From Macrostomum lignano (Eukaryota): a stretch of DNA of 64,000 nt. Shown piece after piece: positions 48,001-59,069 of the stretch (positions within the stretch are counted from its first letter, which is position 1; each line of letters begins with the position of its first letter). Below the pieces are notes generated by a model. It worked only from the letters and a program-made list of their open reading frames with translations. It searched no databases and was not told the origin of the DNA. The position numbers were made by a program, and so were the translations under genes. Where the stretch lies: NCBI GenBank assembly GCA_002269645.1, contig NIVC01001750.1, forward strand, positions 62,001 to 126,000. The letters are read 5' to 3'.

Positions 48001-51000
48001 TCTAATTTGACTGTCAGCGACATCTAATGTGACTGTCAGTGACATCTAATGTGACCGTCCGTGACATCTAATTTGACTGTCAGCGACATCTAATGTGACT
48101 GTCAGCGACATCTAATGTGACCGCCAGTGACATCTAATGTGACTGTCAGTGACATCTAATGTGACCGTCCGTGACATCTAATTTGACTGTCAGCGACATC
48201 TAATGTGACTGTCAGCGACATCTAATGTGACCGCCAGTGACATCTAATGTGACTGTCAGTGACATCTAATGTGACCGTCCGTGACATCTAATTTGACCGT
48301 CAGTGACATCTAATTTGACCGTCAGTGACATCTAATGTGACTGTCAGTGACATCTAATGTGACCGTCCGTGACATCTAATTTGACCGTCAGTGACATCTA
48401 ATGTGACCGTCAGTGACAGTCTATTGCAACAGTGTATTATTAGCGTGACACCGTCAGGACAAGAGTTGAAGTGAGGATTCGCTTCGGCAGTAACTATTGT
48501 CGGACTGAACATATGAATATGCTACAAAAAGTCTAAAAATTCTAACCGCTCTCTGATCGGCGCCACGAAACACGTCCTCCAACCGGCTGGTGACCGGCAC
48601 AGCCAGGGTGTGCACTCGAATTCGACGCTCGCCTTTAGCCGACGTGTACAGCAGAGCGGCTTGGCACACGGCCAATTGTACATCGGCCAGACTATCCTCC
48701 AGTGCTAGCTGAATGCCAAAGCCTGCGTCAGGATTGACAGTCGGCAGCGACAGCAGGTCGGTGGATCGGACAAAACAGGAGCCGTGGAAAGCCGATATGC
48801 TGATGCCTTTGGTGCACCGCAGTCGCATCACGGCTTCGAAACCGATCTTCCTAGTAACGTAGCGATTGAAATCCGTGGACAGCCTGGCTCGCTCCTCGTC
48901 CGGCCGTTCGGCCATGTCCGGATAGTGAAAGAAATCGCCGGACGAGAACAGACTGGCCGGCAGTAAGGATGGCAGATCTACAGGCTGAGGCGCCAGGCAG
49001 AACAGATCGATGCCAAGTTGAACTCCGCAGCAGTCCAACGCCAGGCGTTTATAAAAATCTGTGCCAGGCTGTAGAATTCCCGAGCTCGGCTTGCCGGCTC
49101 GAGTTGACGGGTCGTCGCGATTTTGTAGAGCGCCCGGGCCCAGGCTGGGCAGGCTGGCTACGAATGCGGTGACGCGGCCGCCGTATGACTGCGGATTGGA
49201 GATGATATGGGTGCCAGGGAGGCTTTGGTGGAGAATATATATATAGTATAGTGCTGCATTGAGAGGATCAATCACTTTGAGGAAACGGCGGCCCTCTAAA
49301 ACGCGTATTTCAGAGGTGTCACGGGTCTTCATCAGAAGCACTGGAAGGGTCAGAGGCCCCTCGTCAGAAGCATTGGGAGGGGTCAGAGGCCCCTCGTCAG
49401 AAGCATTGGAGGGGTCAGAGGCCCCTCATCAGAAGCATTGGGAGGGGTCAGAGGCCCCTCATCAGAAGCATTGGGAGGGGTCAGAGGCCCCTCGTCAGAA
49501 GCACTGGGAGGGGTCAGAGGCCCCTCGTCAGAAACATTGGGAGGGGTCAGAGGCCCCTCGTCAGAAACATTGGGAGGGGTCAGAGGCCCCTCGTCAGAAG
49601 CATTGAGAGGGGTCAGAGGCCCCTCGTCAGAAGCATTGGGAGGGGTCAGAGGCCCCTCGTCAGAAACATTGGGAGGGGTCAGAGGCCCCTCGTCAGAAAC
49701 ATTGGGAGGGGTCAGAGGTCCCTCGTCAGAAACATTGGGAGGGGTCAGAGGTCCCTCGTCAGAAACATTGGGAGGGGTCAGAGGCCCCTCGTCAGAAACA
49801 TTGGGAGGGGTCAGAGGCCCCTCGTCAGAAACATTGTGAGGGGTCAGAGGCCCCTCGTCAGAAACATTGGGAGGGGTCAGAGGCCCCTCGTCAGAAACAT
49901 TGGGAGGGGTCAGAGGTCCCTCGTCAGAAACATTGGGAGGGGTCAGAGGCCCCTCGTCAGAAACATTGGGAGGGGTCAGAGGCCCCTCGTCAGAAACATT
50001 GGGAGGGGTCAGAGGCCCCTCGTCAGAAACATTGTGAGGGGTCAGAGGCCCCTCGTCAGAAACATTGGGAGGGGTCAGAGGTCCCTCGTCAGAAACATTG
50101 GGAGGGGTCAGAGGTCCCTCGTCAGAAACATTGGGAGGGGTCAGAGGTCCCTCGTCAGAAACATTGTGAGGGGTCAGAGGCCCCTCGTCAGAAACATTGG
50201 GAGGGGTCAGAGGTCCCTCGTCAGAAACATTGGGAGGGGTCAGAGGTCCCTCGTCAGAAACATTGGGAGGGGTCAGAGGCCCCTCGTCAGAAACATTGGG
50301 AGGGGTCAGAGGCCCCTCGTCAGAAACATTGGGAGGGGTCAGAGGTCCCTCGTCAGAAACATTGGGAGGGGTCAGAGGTCCCTCGTCAGAAACATTGTGA
50401 GGGGTCAGAGGCCCCTCGTCAGAAACATTGGGAGGGGTCAGAGGTCCCTCGTCAGAAACATTGTGAGGGGTCAGAGGCCCCTCGTCAGAAACATTGTGAG
50501 GGGTCAGAGGCCCCTCGTCAGAAACATTGGGAGGGGTCAGAGGTCCCTCGTCAGAAACATTGTGAGGGGTCAGAGGCCCCTCGTCAGAAACATTGTGAGG
50601 GGTCAGAGGCCCCTCGTCAGAAACATTGTGAGGGGTCAGAGGCCCTTCGTCAGAAGCGCGTCAGCGTCATGCTGAAAGCTAAAAAGTGGTCAATGTCTGT
50701 CGAAACATTTGAGGTGGGGGGTCAATGGCCCACCGAAACCCTTACTTAGGAGGGGTCAAAAGGCCCACCGAAAAGGTCACTCAGGAGGGGTCAATGACCC
50801 TAGGGGCACATTCTAGACACAATTGCTCACCTGCGCTAGTTTATAAGCCATCTGCAGTGCTGTGCCCAGACAAGACCCCGGCGCCTCCGGGAACTCCTGA
50901 ATCGGCAGAGTCTCCAACAGTTCGGCGATGGCGTCACGACACTCCGACACGGTCACGAGCAGACCGTCGTGCAAAGGCGGTGCCGCCTCGTCAAGATCCG

Positions 51001-53039
51001 GCAGTACAAGCATCCTCGGCCTTGGCCCGTCCAGCTGGTACAGATGCAGGAACCCGTTGAATGTCATGATGGCCAGCTGAGTGCGGGCGTCACCGGGCAG
51101 ACGGTCAAGTGAGCGTAGCAACACCTGGCAGACGGTGGACAAGTAGGCGGCGCCGAGAGACACGTCGAAAAGCATCACGTAGGTAGCCGGAGGCGGCGGC
51201 CGGACAGTGTACTCTTGAGGCGCGATAAACTCTACAGTGGCCGAGCGGACCTCCGGACGGCGAGACGGCTCGCCGTACACCTGCAGGTATGAGCATATGA
51301 ATAAGGCGATAAGGCCTATCTTTGATTAGACAATTCTTTAACCCTTCATGACCAACTCTATGACACTAGATGACCAATTCTATGACACTCGATGACCAAC
51401 TCTATGACACTTGATAACCCACTCTATCACACTCGATGACCAACTCTATGACACTGGATGACCAAATCTATGACACTCGATGACCCACTCTGACACTCGA
51501 TGACCAACTCTATGACACTCGATGACCAACTCTATGATAATCAATGACCAACTCTATGACACTCGATGACCAACTCTATGACACTCGATGGACAACTCTA
51601 TGACACTCGATGACCAACTCTATGACACTCGATGACCAACTCTATGACACTCGATGATCCACTCTTTGACACTCGATGACCAACTCTATGACACTCGATG
51701 ACCAACTTGATGACACACGATGATCAATTCTATGATTATTGATGATATCACCAATGAATGATACTCCATGACCCGCCCATGATCTTAAGTCATCCATATA
51801 CTCAAACCACTCTAAAAGTACAATTAAAAAGGCAATAAAACAGGCCAATCTCACCTTGCTAACGGGATCGTATTGGAATTCGTCGGGCAAATCGTTGGTC
51901 CTATAGCACACGTTGCAGCGCCATCTTCGCTGATCGATAAGCTGCACAAACGGATTAATATAAGTCCGGCAGGACCTGCAGCGCACAATGACGCTAGCCT
52001 GTATCACTGGCAGATTACGCAAATCTTTAAACGGATGCAATAGCAAGCCTAACGGCAAGCGAGCCTTCTGCAACAGAGAAGATGTGCTAGGAATGACGTT
52101 TAAAGTGCAGCACATCACCTCCGGATCGCAGTTAGCGTCTCCCGGATAGTGTTTAACAGACGGTTTCAATACTTCAATGCCTTCAGTAGGCGACAGCAGC
52201 TGCCTGTCTTGCAGCAGGTTGACGTGACGCTGAGTGGAGCCGTCCTGCGACGAGCGCAACGAACCGTCAAGTCGAGCCGTTGGAGGAATGCCCGACGGCG
52301 GCATCGGTGCCGGCGGCTGCGGAGGACCCGGAGGGCGAAGAGTCGGCGGGGCCTGCGGTTGGGGAGGCATCGGCGGCCGCTGCTGCTGCGGCTGCGACTG
52401 CGGCTGGTAGGGACCCGGCGGAGGCGGCATCGGCGGTCGAGGCTGCTGTTGAGGCGGCATCGGCGGTCGAGGCGGACCATAAGGTGCACCGCTTGGCGGC
52501 GAAGGAGCCGAAGGTGGCGGCGGTGGCATTGGCGGTCGAAGGGGCTGAGTCTGGTGCTGAGCTGGCTGAGAAGGCGGCGGCCATACAGCTGGCTGAGACT
52601 GATAATGACTGCCTGCACCGTTGGAACCGTTAGGCATTCCCGGGTGGATTTGCTGTTGCTGCTGCTGCTGCTGGGGCGGCATTGGCGGAGCAATCGTACC
52701 GCCCGGCCCGCCGCCTTCCATAGCCTCCATAGCGGCTAATGGCACCGGGGATGGCCTATTAGATATGTCCAATCTGTGCAGGCTGATCTCGGAATTGTTA
52801 CTAGACATCAGATTTGGCGCTTTAACCTGATGAGAATAGGTGGCTTGACCGCCAAATGGTAGCGGCAGGCTGCTCCCTTGTTGCTGCTGTTGCTGTTGTG
52901 GCGGCAACGGCTTCTGAGGCAACGGCTGCTGGTAGTTCTGCTGCATGCCAGGTCGCAAAGGCTGCGGCTGCGGAGGCTGCGGCGGTTGCGGAGGCTGCGG
53001 CGGCCGCTGCTGTCGGTAGCCAGGATACTGTTGTTGCAT
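45002..53039 (-). CDS. SEC24A: COPII cargo adaptor Sec24A/B-like; exons 51855-53039 (alternative ATG 53051), 50831-51280, 48547-49188, 46666-47244, 45002-45244 (~1032 aa)
   Basis: Pro/Gln-rich N-terminus, PLGLLLHPFKDL, zinc finger RCRSCRTYINPF...WRCNVC, YGEP.RRPEV, trunk (GGRVTAF..LPSLGPGAL), RKIGFEAVMRLRC, GERRIRVHT, LVEDR...SYQEFL. All junctions phase 0 GT-AG. A versus B paralog not resolvable. Confidence 0.95.
45272..46600 (+). repeat. 24-bp array (45272-45645) followed by a related 19/23-bp composite array (45720-46600) in the last Sec24 intron
   Basis: Direct reading. Confidence 0.92.
47360..48418 (+). repeat. 22-bp minisatellite (gtgacatctaatgtgactgtca)n in a Sec24 intron
   Basis: Direct reading. 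Confidence 0.95.
49335..50655 (+). repeat. 33-bp minisatellite (gggaggggtcagaggcccctcgtcagaaacatt)n in a Sec24 intron
   Basis: Direct reading; ~40 copies. Confidence 0.95.
51345..51735 (+). repeat. 22-bp minisatellite (gatgaccaactctatgacactc)n in the first Sec24 intron
   Basis: Direct reading. Confidence 0.93.
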
Positions 53040-53429
53040 AGCTTCACGCATAAAAGGAAGTTTATATTTATTATTATTCTCTAAGAGTAAGAGCCTAAAC
53101 GAGACATCGAATCTACATATGTACCAATTGGCTATAAATTGCAGCTGTGTCTCAACGTGCAGTGCAGTATAAGTCACGACGAATTAGCATATTTTAATTG
53201 CATGCCAGGTCGTTATTAGCAAGAAATTAGCTACCAACTAGAACTAGAAACTATAAACCAATTAAGGAATTAAGTCTAAAGTGAATCGAATCTAATCTAA
53301 TATGATTTAGTTTAGATTTTTATAATATAATGAGTTCTAATTTTACTAATTGAAAATAAAGATGCATATTCATTCAATGTAACCCTCAGAGGCATTGATA
53401 TTTTATTTTGATATGGAAGTGAAGATAAG

Positions 53430-54680
53430 GAGTAAAGTATCTTGGTGTAATGGTTCATTTTCTACCAATTTCATCTTTTGCTGTCAACATTGAATGTATT
53501 AACCCCTTAGAGATTACTCCAACAACAGCCAAACATATGGCATCTACCATCTGCCAGACTATTTTGCAGTGCAGACTTGAGAAGATCAAGTGCCTTGCTA
53601 TCATGCCAGACAGCTGCAGCACAATGCAGGGTGCATTGTTTTCCTAATTTGGTCAATCATGGAGCTTGCCGAATCATATTGCAAGTGCTGCAAAAAATAC
53701 CTATGGAGCCTCTGACCAAGGAGAAATTGCAAAATGCTTAGTCAGGGAGCTAAATAGCCATTTCAAGTCATACTATTCTCAAGCAAACTTGTTTTGACCC
53801 CCATGCTAAGAGCTTTACTCAGACCAAGAAGTTTGTATTTTCTGAGCTATGGATATCTACTAGCTCCAGTTGCTACTTATCATAGAGTGAATGTTTCATT
53901 CTTAAAGGTTTTGTAATTTTTGTTTTAATATAAAAAAAACAAACAAATCTTGAATTTTAGGTAATAGTTTAGCAAATATTAGAAAAAACTTTTGTTTACA
54001 CTTGTAAAATAGTTAAAAGTTATTAATAGTTGTAAAGTACAAAAAGTACATTAAACGTATGTTTTCAGGGTTTTCTAGGTTTTTTCATGTTTTTTTCTAA
54101 GTTTTTCTAGGTCATGGATACTCTGATTCTATCCTAAAGAAAAGACAATGGTATTTTAGCTCTTTAATAAGATTTTTCAGAAGATAAAAAAGGGATAGAG
54201 CTTCTTTGTAAGCAGCAAGAGTACATTTGAAAGTTAAAAAAGAGGCAAAGCATATCATTCTAGAGGTTATCAAGAAGAAAGCTATAGAACTGGTTATTAT
54301 CTGCCTTGGGTTTTTCGTGTCATAGGCATGCCATGACATGTTGAAATTAAAAATGGCATAATGATTTTGATGCTATTATGCCAAAATGGCATAACAAATT
54401 TTTGCCATTATGACATTGCCAAATTGCCAATGCTGAAACTCAAGTTCCAAATTTCAGTTTTGCTTTTAAATTTGTTTAAATACCTTGTTTGTTGTGACAG
54501 CTTGGCAGTCAGATGATTGGCCTTATCTATCACTTTTGGCAAAAATCTTATTTGCCTTTAGTGCCAAAAATGCAATAGCAAAGAAAGGATTTTTGTTGCT
54601 AACTCACCTCAAGATGCCAATTCACAACAGGCTATATTGGAACAATAGATATGCTAATGAGACTCCACCTTAATGTTGAT
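53430..54680 (+). mobile_element. Decayed hAT-family transposase remnant
   Basis: Fragments LEKIKCLAIMPDSCSTMQG (resembles the region of the first catalytic Asp) and WPYLSLLAKILFAFSAKNAIAKKGF...HNRL (resembles the hAT C-terminal dimerisation motif), with multiple stops. Confidence 0.6.
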
Positions 54681-55076
54681 TCATATCTAACATTTGACTA
54701 TGCTAGAGCCTTTGAATGCTGGCAGAACTCTACATACCAAAAGTGCTACTTGGTATCAAATCCAAGTTTGTTATGTTCCATTGCTATTGCAAATGCTGCT
54801 ACATGTATGGCTACTAATGAGCTTGCCAAAGCAACCTTTGATGAGCTATAGATTTCAATATTTTATTATAATACACTCAAAAAAATTTCTAAAACTAAAG
54901 GACAACTGATTTCCATATGATGTGAAATATTAATCAATCAAGTATCAATTTACTATTGCCTTAAGTACCAGCATCTGATCTGCAGTACTATATCTTTAGT
55001 TGCCTAAGTTGAAGTCCAAAATAATCATAAATAAGTATATATATACGATTGTACCTTAATAATCATGCTTAGATGA

Positions 55077-55219
55077 AACCTAGGGATTCACCCAGCTGTT
55101 TCTATTGGCAACACACACATGTAAGTTGCTATTGGACGGAATAATAGTGACTGCTCCCAGCCAATAGCAACTTACATGTGTGTGTTGCCATTAGAAATGG
55201 TCGGGTGATTCCCAAGGTT
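55077..55219. mobile_element. 143-bp fold-back element or long hairpin (~60-bp imperfect arms, 29-bp perfect core)
   Basis: ggcaacacacacatgtaagttgctattgg and its exact reverse complement flank a ~25-nt loop; outer arms aacctagggattcaccc / gggtgattcccaaggtt. Confidence 0.6.
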
Positions 55220-56599
55220 GCGCATATATGTTAATAATTAATAATTATATTAGTTCTCTTAGTCTAACTCCTACTAACAAAAAAAGATCTAAAGACAATA
55301 TGTTTGAAAAAATGAAAAGCTACATTTGTTTAGTTTGCCTTTTTATTTCTATAAAATATAAAACATTACTAAGTAGTACAAATTTTTGTGTAGTCACTGT
55401 AGTCATATCCTTGGGCTCAAGTCCTCATATCATGTTGTATATTATATATACCTGTTAGTTGCCAAACTGGCAAGCTATAATCACTTCACTCCCATCTAAA
55501 TCTGAAAGGAAACACTAATATGGGCTCACAAAGTGCTATTTTACATTTTATGCCAATGGCATGTTGAAATTGAATATGACATAACAATTGTGATGCCAAA
55601 TGGCATTCAACAATTTTGACAAAAAACCCAGCATCTTCCAATTGACTAAAGGTATTAGGAAAAATTTACAACAATAAAATGCTATCTACTATAGCTAGGG
55701 ATACTAATTAAAAAGAAATTTGTTATGATATACCTATTATGTATATCTAATAACTTATAACATAAACATATTATATTGAAAATTGAGACAGCATTGGCAG
55801 TTGAGGCATGCCATAGAGTGCATTACTTTGTGGCAAAAGAGCCAAATGTGGCAGCAGCGATGGTCAAAAAGGCATCAATGACTAAGTCTAGTGCTAAGCT
55901 AGCTAAGAATGCAATATATAGTTGCGAGAAACAAAAACATTGTGTCTAAGCTTGCTATTAGAATTATTTTAATAATTTTTATTGTAATTTCTTTTTTTAA
56001 TTCATATCTTACTTAGGCTTATTTTATCAATTAGCAAGGTCAACTATATATATTATATGCAAGATATGCAAAGTGCCTTGTAATTGATAATTGCAATTAA
56101 TTGAAGTTTAATATCAACTAGGATATCCCAACCTAAAAATTTTCACCTAGTAATCAAAAGTTATAGTCTAGTTTAGAGATTAACAATAAACTTTTTAGTT
56201 CATCATATGGAAGAGGATGTTTTTGTAATAGATCTTGATGGACAAATAAGTAGCTTGTACTAAGGTCTCTAGTGAGATTTTGAAAGTTCAAAATTTATTC
56301 TTTTTGAGATATACATCTGATAGGGGACAACAACAGCATTACAAAATAGTTTTACTTATTAATTTTGGTTGAGTAATTAAAAATTTATAGCATTTATGTC
56401 CAAAAAATTGATTTTTAGATAATGAAGCTAGATAGACAACTCATTTTTAGTATATAGGACTAGCAATCTTCGCCCCCTGATGGGGGACATCTGGAAAGAA
56501 TCCTTGTTCTTTACAAATAACAAATAGACAGCAAAATAAAGCCTTTATAAAAAAACAATAGACATCCTATATACTAAAAATTCCCTCTAAAAACAAAAC

Positions 56600-57465
56600 A
56601 TCCCAAGACAGCAAGCATCCCCAGACAGCATTCAAGCATTGATCCCCAAATAGCAAGCATCCCCCAGACTGTAAGTATCCCCCAAATAGCAAGCATCCCC
56701 AAGACTGCAAGTATCCCCCAAAAAGCAAGCATCCTCCCAATAGCAAGCAATGCCAGATAGCAAGCATCCCCTAGACCACAAGCAATCCCAGATAGCAAGC
56801 ATCCCCTAGACCACAAGCAATCCCAGATAGCAAGCATCCCCTAGATAGCAAGCATCCCCCAAATAGCAAGCATCCTCCCAATAGCAAACAACCCTAGATA
56901 GCAAGCATCCCGCAGACCTCAAGCAACCCCAGATAGTAAGCATCTCCCAGATAGCAAGCAACCCCAGATAGCAAGCATCCCCCAGACTGCAAGCAACCCC
57001 AGAAAGCAAGCATCCCCCAGATAGCAAGCAACCCCAGATAGCAAGCATCCCCCCGATAGCAAGCAACCCCAGATAGCAAGCATCTCCCAGACTGCAAACA
57101 ACCCCAGAAAGCAAGCATCCCCCAGATAGCAAGCATCCCCCAGATAGCAAGCATCCCCCAGATAGCAAGCATCCCCCAGACCGCAAGCAACCCCAGATAG
57201 CAAGATAGCAAGCATAACCTGGATACAAAAAGACCTTATAAATATCTAGCAACCCCCTCTAGGATATTAAGTACCCTCCACCCCCCAAGAGCAAGTATCT
57301 CCCAATAGCAAGTTACCCCAGTAGCAAGCATCCTTCTGATAGCAAGCATCCCCCCAATAGCAAGCATCCCTTAGATCGCAAGTATCCCTCAGATAGCAAG
57401 CATCCCTCAGATAGCAAGTATCCATCCTTAAATAGCAACCATCCACCAGAGAACAAGTAGCTAAT
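56600..57465 (-). repeat. Diverged, inverted copy of the 18-19-bp minisatellite family of 29113-32466
   Basis: ccccagatagcaagcatc is the reverse complement of gatgcttgctatctgggg. Confidence 0.9.
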
Positions 57466-57617
57466 GCAACAATTTCCTTAGCTTTATAGTGGTTCTATTT
57501 TGTTTGGCATGACACTTCTTTTATGTATGAAATGGTGGCTCTTTAATGTTTGACATTGTGCATTTTTTGTGTTTAGCATTTTGTGTTTTTAAGGTTTTTG
57601 AATAAAAAAATCTTTTT

Positions 57618-57686
57618 GCACTACTAAGATTCGAACCCAGGTTGCTGCATTAGCAGTCCAGTCTGTTCGCATCTATGCTATCTCTT
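57618..57686 (-). mobile_element. tRNA-Ser(GCT)-like degenerate sequence (SINE head or tRNA pseudogene)
   Basis: Minus strand reads ...TGGACTGCTAATGCA...CCTGGGTTCGAATC: anticodon arm and B-box, but poor acceptor and D stems. Confidence 0.4.
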
Positions 57687-58292
57687 GTCAATTGGAGAAC
57701 TTGAATTGTGGCCTTTATAATTAAATTCTTATAGCAAATCGGTTAGAGTAAAAAGTTATGACATAATCAATTTCTCAGTCAGCCAGTATCAGTCTCAATT
57801 AATGTTAGCAATATTGGTTACGCAATTTCAATCAAGTTTTGTGTGCATTTCTTTGGCACTGTTTTCAACTGGTTGTGATGTAATCCTTATCACAATTGGA
57901 ATTCAGTCAGTCAGTTTTTTCTCTAGTATTCTTACAATGCATTTCAGGTTGAAAGAGCTGCTTGACCTTTGTGAAAAAGCATGTTTTTCAAATATTTAAT
58001 CCCTTTAACATTAAGCAATTTCTTAGCCATGATGCATGTACCGTCACGGAAAAATTTCTGATTGAACAGTGCAAGTTTGAAGAAAATCGATTGAGCCACT
58101 TTTGCTAAAATCGATCACACACACATATACCGACAGACCATTTTTAGTATATGGAATGGATTCAAGCAAGCAAGCAAGCATACAAACCTTAGAGATTTAG
58201 TATATTTAGATTGGATATGATATTAGCCAAGTGCTATAGGACCATCTCCAAGAAGCAAAAGACTATTAGCAAGCTGTAAGGCACAATAAATG

Positions 58293-59069
58293 GGGATAAT
58301 GACCTTTGCCTGCCAGACATTTGCCAGCCAACATTTGCTATCCAATATTTGCTAGCAAGACATTTGCCAACTGATGTTTGCCAGCCAGACATTTGCAGGC
58401 AATAATTAGTTAAAGAATCATGCTCTCTCTAGGCTTACATGTACTTGCATTTAAAAACTGCAAATATAGAACCAATCTAACCCCACCTTGCTTCCTACTA
58501 TACTGCTCTTAAATATACAGATTACTAACAAAAGTGTGGCATAGTGATGTTTGCTAGCCAACATAACATTAGTCAGTGAAAAATTTGATACTAAAATTTA
58601 ATAGTATGGCAAAAACTATTTTTAGTCCAACTTTTTGATGGTTATTCATAGGTATAAAAGTTTGGCCACTAAGATAGAAAGTTGCTAGTTTGGATAGTTT
58701 TGGTTACATCAGTTGCTTTGGCACCTATTACTACGATTAGTAGCAACTTTCTTATAAAATCTACCCAAAATATCAAGAAGACAAGGAGCTTTCTAGTGAG
58801 AGTAGTTTGTTAGTAATAGTAACTTGTACATATATATTTAGTAGCAATATAGTATGAAGTAAGGTGCAGTTAGATTGGTGCTATATCTGCAGTTTTCAAA
58901 TGCAAGTAAATATAAGCTTATAGTGTCAATAGAGGCCAGAGGGCATAATTTTAATTATTTACTGCCTACAAATGTTGGCTGGCAAATGTGGCTAACAAAC
59001 ATTGGCTGGCAAATGTCCCACTGGCAAACTTTGGCTAGCAAATATCTGACAGGCAAATGTTGTAGACCC
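58293..59069. mobile_element. Old non-autonomous DNA element with GGG..CCC termini and inverted sub-terminal (acatttgccagcc)-like repeats
   Basis: Left gggataatgacctttgcctgccagacatttgc vs right reverse complement gggtctacaacatttgcctgtcagatatttgc; tandem sub-terminal motifs at 58310-58400 and 58960-59060. Confidence 0.5.

Noticed and set aside
49259-50675. RGQRPLVRNIG / GGVRGPSSETL repeat ORFs
   Set aside because: 33-bp array in a Sec24 intron, antisense to the gene.
52149-53084. Alternative-frame and antisense Arg/Ala/Cys-rich ORFs
   Set aside because: Shadows of the GC-rich, low-complexity Sec24 first exon.
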